A DNA stretch of 32,000 bases from Nitrospirales bacterium (GTDB lineage: Bacteria > Nitrospirota > Nitrospiria > Nitrospirales > UBA8639), in the NCBI GenBank assembly GCA_965204475.1, contig OZ241988.1, positions 123,545 through 155,544 of the forward strand. Reading direction: 5' to 3'. The notes beneath the pieces were generated by a model, which was not told the origin of the DNA, did no database searches, and saw only the letters and a list, made by a program, of their open reading frames with translations. Within the stretch, counting starts at the first letter, position 1. Every line of letters starts with the position of its first letter. The translations under genes and the position numbers were made by a program. Positions 8,072-16,488 of the stretch are shown here, piece by piece.

Positions 8072-8111
8072 GTACATCCTGCCGGGCCAAGGAGTGCGAT
8101 AGCGGATACCC

Positions 8112-9140
8112 ATGACAGCCGGTCGAGACGAGCGCCTCCCCTCGCTTTCTCCCTTTCCGGAAGGCTGGTTCTTTGTCGCCGGCCGCAAGACGATCGAAAA
8201 GGCGAAGTTGGTCAAAAAAACCTGGATGGGCGAACAGATCGTTGTATGGTGCGACGAGGAAGGACGCATCTGTGTGGCCGAGGCGGTCTGTGCGCACATG
8301 GGTTCCGACCTGGGGCCGGAAGCCGGGGGCCGCGTGCGCAACGGCTGCCTCGTCTGCCCGTTCCACGGCTTCCAGTACGATGTCACCGGCCAATGCGTGG
8401 CCACGCCCTACGCGTCGGCGCCCAGGACCGCCAGGCTGAAGGTCTTCCACACGCGTGAAATCCTGGGTCTGGTTTTTGGCTGGTGGGGCATTGACGGACG
8501 GCCGCCGCAATGGGAGCTGCCGGAAGCGCCGCCGACCGGAGACGACTGGTGCGATTTGGATTTCTGGAGCGTCCGGGTCCCGGGGCATCCCCAGGAAACG
8601 ACCGAGAACTCCGTGGACCTGGGCCATCTGCGCTACGTGCACGGCTACAGCAGCGTGAACGCGATCGGTTCGGTGTCAATCGACGGCGCCTACCTCAAGA
8701 GTTGCTTCGACTTCAAGCGAACCCAGACCATCGCCGGGATCAAGGTCTTCGCGTATGATGTTTCCGCGGTCACCCACGTGTACGGGTTGGGCTATTCGTT
8801 CGTCGAGGTTCACGAGCGTGCGATCGACATGCAGACGCGTTTGTGGGTGCTGGCTACGCCCATCGACGGCAGACTCGTCGAACTGGTGCTGGTCAGCCAC
8901 GTGCGGCGAATCCTGAGACCGAAGCGGCCAATCGTGGGCATGCGCTTCCTGCCGTCACGCCTGCGCACCAGGCTCATGAACAAGATCATCATGGCGGCTC
9001 AAAAGCGGGATGTCATGCAGGACGTCGTGATCTGGGGCCGAAAACACTATCGGCCCCGCCCCATTTTATGTCGCTCGGACGGGGAGATTGGAACGTATCG
9101 GCGTTATTGCGAGCAATTCTATCCGGATCGTCCGGATTGA
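8112..9140 (+). CDS. Rieske [2Fe-2S] non-haem iron oxygenase, paralog 2 (Neverland/KshA-like architecture)
   Basis: 342 aa. Rieske motif CAHMGSDLG...LVCPFHGFQYD. Fe(II) motif ENSVDLGHLRYVH (D-x2-H-x4-H). Confidence 0.8.
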   Translation: MTAGRDERLPSLSPFPEGWFFVAGRKTIEKAKLVKKTWMGEQIVVWCDEEGRICVAEAVCAHMGSDLGPEAGGRVRNGCLVCPFHGFQYDVTGQCVATPYASAPRTARLKVFHTREILGLVFGWWGIDGRPPQWELPEAPPTGDDWCDLDFWSVRVPGHPQETTENSVDLGHLRYVHGYSSVNAIGSVSIDGAYLKSCFDFKRTQTIAGIKVFAYDVSAVTHVYGLGYSFVEVHERAIDMQTRLWVLATPIDGRLVELVLVSHVRRILRPKRPIVGMRFLPSRLRTRLMNKIIMAAQKRDVMQDVVIWGRKHYRPRPILCRSDGEIGTYRRYCEQFYPDRPD

Positions 9141-9172
9141 TTTCAGACAGAGGTGAAAGGGGACACCACGCC

Positions 9173-10207
9173 ATGCGACTAGGCAAACTATCGAACTGGC
9201 TGAAGGATGCGTACCGGGAAGAGGACGTCACCCGTCAGGTGCAACACTTCGACGGCTGGATCGATCGGGCGAAGCCGGAGGATGTCGTCGCGAGCCGGTA
9301 CGATCACACCGAAACGGTGAAAGAGTACTACGATCTCTGCAGCCCATTCATGGTCTACGGTTGGGGTGAATCCCTGCACTTCGCGCCCCTTACGCCTTGG
9401 GAGAGTCTGGAGGACTCCAAAGTCCGGCATCAGCGGTTGATGATCGCCAAGCTGGAGTTGCACCCGGGCATGACAATCGTCGATGTCGGGTGCGGCGTCG
9501 GCGGCCCGATGCGCCGGGTCGTCCGGGAGGCCGGTGTCCGGGTTGTCGGGATCAACATCAATCAAATCCAGTTGGCGAACGCGAAACGGGAGAACTCCGA
9601 GGCGGGGCTCGACCACATGGTCGATTACGAGGCGTGCAGCTTCATGGACATGAGCGCCATCAAAGACGAGACGTTCGACTGCGGTTATGCCATGGAGTCA
9701 ACGTGCCACGCGCCGGACAAGGAACGCGCGTTCGCGGAGATATTCCGGGTGCTGAAACCCGGAGCCCTGTTCTGGGGTCAGGAAATGTGTCTGACGGACA
9801 AGTACGATCCGAACGACAGCCGGCACCGGGCCATCAAGCGGGATCTCATGCATGGCATTGCGCTGCAGGACATTGCGACGTTCGGGGAAGTGAATCATGC
9901 GCTCGAAGCGGCGGGATTCCACGTCATCGAGGAGATGGACCGGGACGTCCAGGAGGGACCATCCACACCATGGTATCAACCCATGGAGACACGGCATGGG
10001 ACCCTCGGTAACGCCTTGTGCAGGCTTCCATGGGGCCGCAAAGTATTTATGGCGGGATCGAAGCTGGCCGAGGTGCTGCGGCTGTTTCCGAAGGGCTCCG
10101 CGGAGGTTGTCCGCCTCATGGATCGGACCGCGGAGGCCTACGTCGCGGGCGGCAAGTCGGGGATCTTCACGCCGTTGTACTGTTTTCTAGCCCGCAAACC
10201 CCTTTAG
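9173..10207 (+). CDS. Sterol C-24 methyltransferase (ERG6/SMT family), paralog 2
   Basis: The ATG at 9173 (MRLGKLSNW...) is preceded by AGGTGAAAGGGGA. The ORF-track start at 8843 would overlap the Rieske gene. Motifs: YYDLCSPFMVYGWGESLHFAP, IVDVGCGVGGPM, and C-terminal GIFTPLYCFLARKP. Confidence 0.88.
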   Translation: MRLGKLSNWLKDAYREEDVTRQVQHFDGWIDRAKPEDVVASRYDHTETVKEYYDLCSPFMVYGWGESLHFAPLTPWESLEDSKVRHQRLMIAKLELHPGMTIVDVGCGVGGPMRRVVREAGVRVVGININQIQLANAKRENSEAGLDHMVDYEACSFMDMSAIKDETFDCGYAMESTCHAPDKERAFAEIFRVLKPGALFWGQEMCLTDKYDPNDSRHRAIKRDLMHGIALQDIATFGEVNHALEAAGFHVIEEMDRDVQEGPSTPWYQPMETRHGTLGNALCRLPWGRKVFMAGSKLAEVLRLFPKGSAEVVRLMDRTAEAYVAGGKSGIFTPLYCFLARKPL

Positions 10208-10256
10208 ATCCTTATCCCCAAAGTCTCTCCGGTGATTGGCTATTTTTTCTTCGAGC

Positions 10257-10281
10257 TTTCCCGGAACAGGCCGGCGGGAAA
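10257..10281. terminator. Weak bulged hairpin between the convergent SMT2 and P450 genes
   Basis: TTTCCCGG-aacagg-CCGG(cgg)GAAA. There is no clear U-tract. Confidence 0.2.
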
Positions 10282-10328
10282 ACTTGTTGGACCGCAGTGG
10301 AGGGGCAGGGAAATGACCGGCTGGCGCG

Positions 10329-12356
10329 TCAGACGGGCAGTTCGCGCCTCCGCTCCGCGATGCGGAACTTCAGCTTCTTGCTGGGCTTCATCGACGGAAG
10401 GGGGTCGAACCGAAGCTTGTAGTTCTCGGGAGCTACCTCGATCGTGAAGTAATGCGCGACCATCAGCACGTTGACGGCCAATTGCAGTTCCAGCCACCGG
10501 GAGCCGAGACACGTGTGCGTGCCCAGCCCGAACGGGGCGTACCCGGGCTTGAGGTGCTCATTGCGCGGAGGCAGATACCGGTCGATATCGAATGTGAAGG
10601 GGTCGGGAAAGACGTCTTTCATGTAATGCGTGGCCGTCTGGGCAATATAGATGTTTGTCCCGACCGGCAGTTCGTAGTCCTCGACCACGCACGCATTCAT
10701 CACGGTTCGAATAGACATCGGGACGATCGGGTACATGCGCAGGCACTCCATGAGGAAGCGGTGCGTGACGTCAAGTGCGGACAGGGTGAAGTCCTCGGCA
10801 TCAGGGTCGCCGCTGTCGAACAGGGCATCGGCTTCATTCTGGATTTTGGCATAGAACTCGGGCTGCGACGCCATGGCGTACAACGCAAAGCTGAACGCAT
10901 CGCCAAGGTACACGCTGGCGATCAGCGCTGCTGAAAGCTGGAAGCGCAACGTCGTCTCCGGCACGAACTGCGGATCGCTTGCGTGCAGGCTGAGCCAGTC
11001 GTCCGCAAGGTTCCGTGGAGAACCAGCACGCTGCGCGGGTGTATGGACGCTCTGGATCCGTTCCAGCAGCGTATCCACGGCTTTCGCCCGGCGTCTCATG
11101 CCCGGAGTTTTCAGCATGAACTTGGGCAGCATCTTCACAATGTGGACGAGGAGTGCTCGTTCCTTATACTTCGCCAGATCGTCAAAGATATCCTGAGAAT
11201 CAACGCTGACAAAGAGCGGTGAGAGCTGCGCGTTGACCATCTGCCGGCTCATGTTCGTCGCAGTATAGGAGTCTCCGACCGTCCAATTCGCCATGTGATT
11301 TCTGGCATGATGATAGAGTTGGTCCAACTGCCCTTCCAGTCTTCTGCGGGAATACGCCGCCGACATGGACTTGCGAAGCCGGAAATGATCGGCGCCGTCC
11401 AAGGAAGGCATTACTCCGGACGCGCCGTAGACCTTCTCGAAGTCATTAAAATAGTCCTTGGTTCTCAGGTACATGCGCCCGCGCTTATGCGCCCAGCGGT
11501 TTGTCTCGGACCCGGCCAGAAAGATCATGGGCTTCGCAAACGGCGGGCGGATCTCGAACACCGGGCCATACTCTTGCGCAAGGTCCGCAAAGAGCGCGGG
11601 AATGTTGCCCTTGCGCACATGTGGACTGAGCAGCACTTTATGTAGCGAAGCAGTCGGAATCTTCTTGGTCAGGGCGGAATGTCGAAGCAAGGGGCCGGCC
11701 AAGTTGTGGGAGACCGCATCGGCGATGGACCGGCCGATCAAATCCATCTTACAGATGAGCCGGATGCGCTCTTCCGACTCCTCATCGAGTTGGAATATGA
11801 AGCGGAAGACGTCGCACGTATTGACGAGGCAAATAACGATGATGTCTCTCGGATCGGGAATCTCGTTCATGAAGATGGCCCTGCTGATCCGCGTTTTGAC
11901 GAACTGACCTGCAGTGCCTTCAGGGGAGTTGCCGTACCGTTCCGTCTGCCAGCCGGTATGAGCCAGCGTCCAGAACTCGCCGTCGTGGTATTCCAGGATC
12001 TTCAGGTTGACCAAACGATCCAGAGTCAAATCAATGACTGATTCCGCACGGGGGGCGAGCCGTTCAATCCAGAACTGTGTGCTTCGTTGAATTGGTTCGC
12101 TTGCAATCTCTTTCAGAATGGGGTCCAGGGCGGGGTCGCCCGTTTCTGTCGGGTCCACGAGGAACAGAGATTCCATGTCCGTGTCGATGCGCGACAGGAG
12201 GGAGAGTTCCGCGAGTACTGCGCCGGCGACGGCGCAGTTCAAATCCCAGCCGGGTACTTGGTGAAAGTATCCGTTCTCCTCGTTGAGGAGCATCAGGATG
12301 AGCTCTTCGGGCAAACTGAGCGTTTGGGTCGTCAAACCCTCTTTAGTCACAGCCAT
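10329..12356 (-). CDS. Fusion protein: N-terminal GPP34/GOLPH3-family domain (~residues 12-215) plus C-terminal cytochrome P450 (~residues 240-675)
   Basis: 675 aa. The N-terminus, LSLPEELILMLLNEENGYF...AVAGAVLAELSLLSRI...LDRLVNLKILE, is typical of GPP34. The P450 part has YGPVFEI, the ExxR motif (ECLRMYP) and the haem-thiolate loop FGLGTHTCLGSRW. Confidence 0.8.
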   Translation of the reverse strand: MAVTKEGLTTQTLSLPEELILMLLNEENGYFHQVPGWDLNCAVAGAVLAELSLLSRIDTDMESLFLVDPTETGDPALDPILKEIASEPIQRSTQFWIERLAPRAESVIDLTLDRLVNLKILEYHDGEFWTLAHTGWQTERYGNSPEGTAGQFVKTRISRAIFMNEIPDPRDIIVICLVNTCDVFRFIFQLDEESEERIRLICKMDLIGRSIADAVSHNLAGPLLRHSALTKKIPTASLHKVLLSPHVRKGNIPALFADLAQEYGPVFEIRPPFAKPMIFLAGSETNRWAHKRGRMYLRTKDYFNDFEKVYGASGVMPSLDGADHFRLRKSMSAAYSRRRLEGQLDQLYHHARNHMANWTVGDSYTATNMSRQMVNAQLSPLFVSVDSQDIFDDLAKYKERALLVHIVKMLPKFMLKTPGMRRRAKAVDTLLERIQSVHTPAQRAGSPRNLADDWLSLHASDPQFVPETTLRFQLSAALIASVYLGDAFSFALYAMASQPEFYAKIQNEADALFDSGDPDAEDFTLSALDVTHRFLMECLRMYPIVPMSIRTVMNACVVEDYELPVGTNIYIAQTATHYMKDVFPDPFTFDIDRYLPPRNEHLKPGYAPFGLGTHTCLGSRWLELQLAVNVLMVAHYFTIEVAPENYKLRFDPLPSMKPSKKLKFRIAERRRELPV

Positions 12357-12398
12357 CAGCCTTGGTCTCCCAGCATTCCCTCCATGCTATAAACCCAA

Positions 12399-12410
12399 TT
12401 GCACTAGAAT
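12399..12410 (-). promoter_or_regulatory. Shared upstream motif TTGCACTAGAAT, copy 2, about 42 nt upstream of the GPP34-P450 ATG
   Basis: Exact 12-nt match to 5195-5206. A TTAGGTTAAAG box lies 10 nt further on. Confidence 0.3.
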
Positions 12411-12619
12411 AATATAACGCTTAGGTTAAAGTAGGGCAAGACCTATTCAGAGATCTAAAGCAAAGTACAGGTTCTGGTACGTAGTGGATCACTCCGCCAA
12501 GTATCCGCGGAGAGTGAAGAAGTTCGAAAGTCTTGACTGGGGCGTGGCGAAGCGAGGTGCCCTGCGCCTGTTTGTGCCTTCACCCGGCGTCAGGATTGAA
12601 TATGGTGTCGAGCTTGTGG

Positions 12620-12651
12620 CTTGGGGGCACAACGATTGTTGTGCCCCCAAG
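12620..12651 (-). terminator. Perfect 14-bp stem, 4-nt loop hairpin 12 nt downstream of the icd stop
   Basis: CTTGGGGGCACAAC-gatt-GTTGTGCCCCCAAG. No U-tract follows on either strand. Confidence 0.55.
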
Positions 12652-12662
12652 TTGGATAGTGG

Positions 12663-14897
12663 TTACCCCAAGGTGGCGAGGATGTTGTTGAACGTGGCGC
12701 TCGGGCGCATGGCCGTTGCGACCTTCGCCGGATCGGGGTGGTAATAGCCGCCGATGTCCATGGCCTTGCCTTTCACGGCCTTCAACTCGTCGAGGATTTT
12801 CTCGACGTTGGCCTCGAGCTCTTTTGCCACGGGCGCAAACTTTTCCCGTAACGTTGGATCGTCGGTTTGCGCGGCGAGTTCCTGTGCCCAATACAGGGCT
12901 TCGTACACGTGGGTGCCGATGTTGTCCAACTCGCCCAGCACCCGGCCGGGTGCCTTGCGGTTTTCCATGAGCTTGCCCGTGGCCCGGTCCAGGGTATTCG
13001 CAAGGACTTGCGCCTTCTTGTTGTTACGGGTCCGGCTGAGGTGAGCAAAGGATTCCGCCAAGGCGAGAAATTCACCGAGAGAATCCCATCGCAAATGCCC
13101 TTCTTTCACGAACTGCTGGACGTGTTTCGGGGCCGATCCGCCGGCGCCCGTTTCAAATAAGCCACCGCCGTTGATGAGTGGAACAATGGAGAGCATCTTG
13201 GCGCTGGTGCCCAGTTCCAGGATCGGAAACAGGTCGGTGAGATAATCCCGCAACACGTTGCCCGTCGCGGCAATGGTGCTTTGCCCGTCCTTGGCCCGTT
13301 TGAGAGAATGCTTCATGGCATCCACCGGGGCCATGATTTGGATGTCCAAGCCCGTCGTATTATGGTCTTTCAAATAGCGGTTCAGCTTTTCGATGAGCTG
13401 CGCGTCGTGTGATCGGTTCTTGTTCAACCAGAACACCACCGGCATTCCGGACGCCTTGGACCGATTCACGGCCAGCTTCACCCAGTCCTGAATCGGAATG
13501 TCCTTGACCGTACAGGCGCGGAAGATGTCGTCTTTTTCCACTGCCTGTTCGAGCAGGACGTTCCCGGCTCCATCCATCACGCGGATGGTTCCATTTCCGG
13601 GCGCCTCGAAGGTCTTGTCGTGCGATCCGTATTCTTCGGCTTTCTGGGCCATGAGACCCACGTTGGGCACGCTGCCCATGGTGGCCGGATTGAAGGCTCC
13701 ATTCTCACGGCAGAAGTCCGCCACGGCCTGATAAATCCCCGCGTAACTGCGGTCCGGGATCATGGCCTTCGTGTCGTATTCCTTACCGTCCGGTCCCCAC
13801 ATTTTCCCGCCGACGCGAAGCGCCGCGGCCATCGACGCATCGATGATGATGTCGCTCGGCACGTGCAGGTTGGTGATGCCCCGGTCCGAGTCCACCATCG
13901 CGAGGTCCGGGCCGTTTTGCATGGCCGCTTGCAGGTCGGCTTTGATTTCTTCCTGCTGCGCGGCGGGCAGGGAGCCGATTTTCGCATAGACGTCGCCCAA
14001 CCCGTTGTTGGGATTGACTCCGAGATCGGCAAAGACCTTTTCATGTTTCTTGAAGACGTCCTCAAAATAGACGGACACGCAATGGCCGAAAATAATGGGG
14101 TCCGAGACTTTCATCATGGTCGCCTTCATGTGCAGCGACAGGAGAATGCCGCTTTTCTTGGCCTCCTCAACCTGTTCCTTGAAGAATTGCCGTAATGCGC
14201 CGGCGCTCATTTTCGTGGCGTCCACCACGTCACCCTTGTCGAAGGTGACGCTGTCTTTCAATACGGTCGTGCCGCCGTCCGCGCCGACGAATTCGATGCG
14301 GCCCTTTCCCGCCGTTTGTTCGGTAATCGTCGTTGATTTTTCATTGGAAAAGAAGTCTCCACCCGACATGGACGCGACGTGCGTTTGTGAATCTTTGGCC
14401 CATGCCCCCATTTTGTGAGGATTCTTTTGGGCATATTGTTTCACGGAGGACGACGCCCGACGATCCGAATTGCCTTGTCGCAGCACCGGGTTTACCGCGC
14501 TGCCTTTCACCTTGTCGAACTTCGCCTTGATGGTCTTTTCTTCATCGGTCTTGGGGTCTTCGGGGTAATCGGGAATGGCGTACCCCTGGGATTGCAATTC
14601 GGCCACCGCGCCTTTGATTTGAGGAATCGATGCGCTAATATTCGGGAGTTTGATGACGTTGGCTTCCGGCGTTTCCACCATTTCGCCGAGGATGGCGAGA
14701 TCATCGGGTTGCCGTTGTTCCGGCTTCAAGCTGTCGGGAAATTGCGAGATAATTCGGCCGGCCAGCGAAATATCCTTCCTGCCGACGTTCACGCCTGCGG
14801 TATTGGCAAAGGCCTGGATAACCGGCAGAAACGAACCGCTCGCCAGTTCCGGAGCCTCGTCGACTTTTGTATAGATAATATCCGGTTCTGCTGACAT
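12663..14897 (-). CDS. icd: Monomeric NADP-dependent isocitrate dehydrogenase
   Basis: ~744 aa from the ATG at 14897. GGAGGAGG lies 5 nt upstream, whereas the ORF-track start at 14918 has no SD. The N-terminus, [24 protein letters not shown]...[14 protein letters not shown], matches the monomeric IDH family (Azotobacter type). Confidence 0.92.
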   Translation of the reverse strand: MSAEPDIIYTKVDEAPELASGSFLPVIQAFANTAGVNVGRKDISLAGRIISQFPDSLKPEQRQPDDLAILGEMVETPEANVIKLPNISASIPQIKGAVAELQSQGYAIPDYPEDPKTDEEKTIKAKFDKVKGSAVNPVLRQGNSDRRASSSVKQYAQKNPHKMGAWAKDSQTHVASMSGGDFFSNEKSTTITEQTAGKGRIEFVGADGGTTVLKDSVTFDKGDVVDATKMSAGALRQFFKEQVEEAKKSGILLSLHMKATMMKVSDPIIFGHCVSVYFEDVFKKHEKVFADLGVNPNNGLGDVYAKIGSLPAAQQEEIKADLQAAMQNGPDLAMVDSDRGITNLHVPSDIIIDASMAAALRVGGKMWGPDGKEYDTKAMIPDRSYAGIYQAVADFCRENGAFNPATMGSVPNVGLMAQKAEEYGSHDKTFEAPGNGTIRVMDGAGNVLLEQAVEKDDIFRACTVKDIPIQDWVKLAVNRSKASGMPVVFWLNKNRSHDAQLIEKLNRYLKDHNTTGLDIQIMAPVDAMKHSLKRAKDGQSTIAATGNVLRDYLTDLFPILELGTSAKMLSIVPLINGGGLFETGAGGSAPKHVQQFVKEGHLRWDSLGEFLALAESFAHLSRTRNNKKAQVLANTLDRATGKLMENRKAPGRVLGELDNIGTHVYEALYWAQELAAQTDDPTLREKFAPVAKELEANVEKILDELKAVKGKAMDIGGYYHPDPAKVATAMRPSATFNNILATLG

Positions 14898-15018
14898 GTG
14901 TTCCTCCTCCATGTTCAAGGTTGTGAAAGATTAACAAATCAACCGGAATACGATTCCGGAGACCGAACAAAGAATTTTAGAGAGAACCGGCATTCGACGC
15001 AATCAACCGAAAGCCCCA

Positions 15019-16323
15019 GTGCCGACCCAACGAAAGGACCAGAGCCGCATGGGTCGGGTAGGCAAGCCGGACTTGCTCCTTCCGGCATTGAACGCCTTAT
15101 CGACGCTGGAATCGCACAATAGGTCGAACGTGAACCCTAACCGCGGTTTTGCGCTGGTGGCGGTTCTGTTGTTGATGGCCGTCGTGGGGATCGTCACGGC
15201 GACGGTTCTGCAGACGACCTCGACGGAAATCCAAATCAGTGCGAATCACAAGCAGGCGGTGCAGGATTTGTACGCCGCCGAGGCCGGCTTGGCGGAAGCC
15301 CGGTCGCGTTTACGGAAGACGACGGGAACCGACATCTATTTCATCGAGGACAGGGCGGTGTCGCCTGATCCGTTGTGGACTGCCTACATCGTGGAGTCTG
15401 CAGATTGGTTGCCGTCCGTTGACCCCGAGTATTCTCCGCATGCGACGAATCTGATTCCTCTTCCGGGTCATGCAGCCAATACGGTGGTGCAGCCCAACAG
15501 TTTGCAGACGGAACTGCCTTACTGGGTGAAGATCCGGCATAAAACCGAACAGGGCAACGTGGTCTACTTCGGATACCCCTCGTCGACGGACACCATTCCG
15601 GTCTCCTTCACGACAAATACACCCACACCGTGGTTGCCCATCGAGAAGATCATCGCCCATGGAGCCACTACCGGAGGGACCGTGGTTCTGGAGGAAGAAG
15701 TGGTGCATCCCCCGGGCCCGAACCAGCTCGGGGCGCTTCATGCGTTCGGAGACGTCAGCCTCGCGGGCTCGCCGGGCGAGATCGATGGCCAAGACTTTTG
15801 TGGTAGCGTCGGCAATCTGCCACCCGTCGTGTATGGAGGAACCTTCACGAGCAACCCGGCGATTCATTTCGACGGAACGCCTGCGAGTCCTCAGCACAGT
15901 GCCCACGTGCCCGATCCTGCCTCCGCGCTCGCCGCGCTGAAGACGGGCGCGATGGTGTTGAGTCACGATCAAATCAATCAGCATTTGGGAACCGCGCTGG
16001 TCCCCATGACGTTTTTTGCGGAAGGCGGATTGTTTGCCCAACCGCAGGGAATCCGTATCCGGCAAACCAGGGGATTCGGGGTTCTCTTAGTGGACGGGAA
16101 TGCCACTTTGGAAGGCGAGGTCCTCTGGAACGGCATGATCCTGGTGACCGGCACGTTGTTTCTCAACGGTCAGGGTAGTGAAATCGTGATTCGCGGAGGG
16201 GTCTGGGCGGGTGCGATCGACCATCAGGCGGGACCATTAAGGGTCTGGTACGACAGTTGCCTCCTGCGAGACGCGCTGCTGGCTGTCCCGACGCAGGTAA
16301 TCACGTGGAGGGAAATTTTTTAA
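15019..16323 (+). CDS. PilX-like (type IV pilus minor pilin/assembly, PilX_N-type) protein
   Basis: N-terminal hydrophobic helix RGFALVAVLLLMAVVGIVTATVLQTTSTEIQISANHKQ followed by AAEAGLAEARSRL. The C-terminal region is glycine-rich and beta-like (GFGVLLVDGNATLEGEVLWNGMILVTG). The start is uncertain; an in-frame GTG at 15130 is an alternative. Confidence 0.6.
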   Translation: MPTQRKDQSRMGRVGKPDLLLPALNALSTLESHNRSNVNPNRGFALVAVLLLMAVVGIVTATVLQTTSTEIQISANHKQAVQDLYAAEAGLAEARSRLRKTTGTDIYFIEDRAVSPDPLWTAYIVESADWLPSVDPEYSPHATNLIPLPGHAANTVVQPNSLQTELPYWVKIRHKTEQGNVVYFGYPSSTDTIPVSFTTNTPTPWLPIEKIIAHGATTGGTVVLEEEVVHPPGPNQLGALHAFGDVSLAGSPGEIDGQDFCGSVGNLPPVVYGGTFTSNPAIHFDGTPASPQHSAHVPDPASALAALKTGAMVLSHDQINQHLGTALVPMTFFAEGGLFAQPQGIRIRQTRGFGVLLVDGNATLEGEVLWNGMILVTGTLFLNGQGSEIVIRGGVWAGAIDHQAGPLRVWYDSCLLRDALLAVPTQVITWREIF

Positions 16324-16439
16324 CGATCCGTTTTCGGGAAAACTGCGAGGTCAGGCTTAGGAATGGGTCTTTCGTGACTCCCTGATATGGGCCTTTCGAT
16401 TGATTGCGGCGGGGAAACATTCTCTTTACAATCGCCGGT

Positions 16440-16468
16440 TTGACATCCTGATCTTCTCTTATTATTCA
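16440..16468 (+). promoter_or_regulatory. Candidate promoter of the aclBA/rTCA gene string
   Basis: Consensus TTGACA (16440-16445), 17-nt spacer, TATTCA (16463-16468). An AAGGG SD lies 7 nt before the aclB ATG. Confidence 0.4.
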
Positions 16469-16488
16469 GACTAACTAAGGGTTGCATT

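Noticed and set aside
8843-9172. The 110-codon N-terminal extension of SMT2 given in the ORF track
   Set aside because: It would overlap Rieske2 by about 300 nt. The internal ATG at 9173 has a good SD and yields an SMT of the same length class as SMT1.
1-12356. An alternative reading of the Rieske, HSD and P450 genes as a steroid catabolic (KshA/3b-HSD/CYP125-like) cluster
   Set aside because: The CYP51-specific motif, an ERG4/24 reductase and two SMTs are all anabolic sterol enzymes. The absence of KstD, beta-oxidation or Mce-type genes also argues for biosynthesis and tailoring. It still needs phylogenetic confirmation.
12484-12744. 86-aa plus-strand ORF and a GTTCGAA T-loop-like string near 12520 in the icd/P450 intergenic region, considered as a possible small gene or tRNA
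   Set aside because: The ORF overlaps the icd 3-prime end and its terminator hairpin. No acceptor or anticodon stems can be built around the GTTCGAA string.
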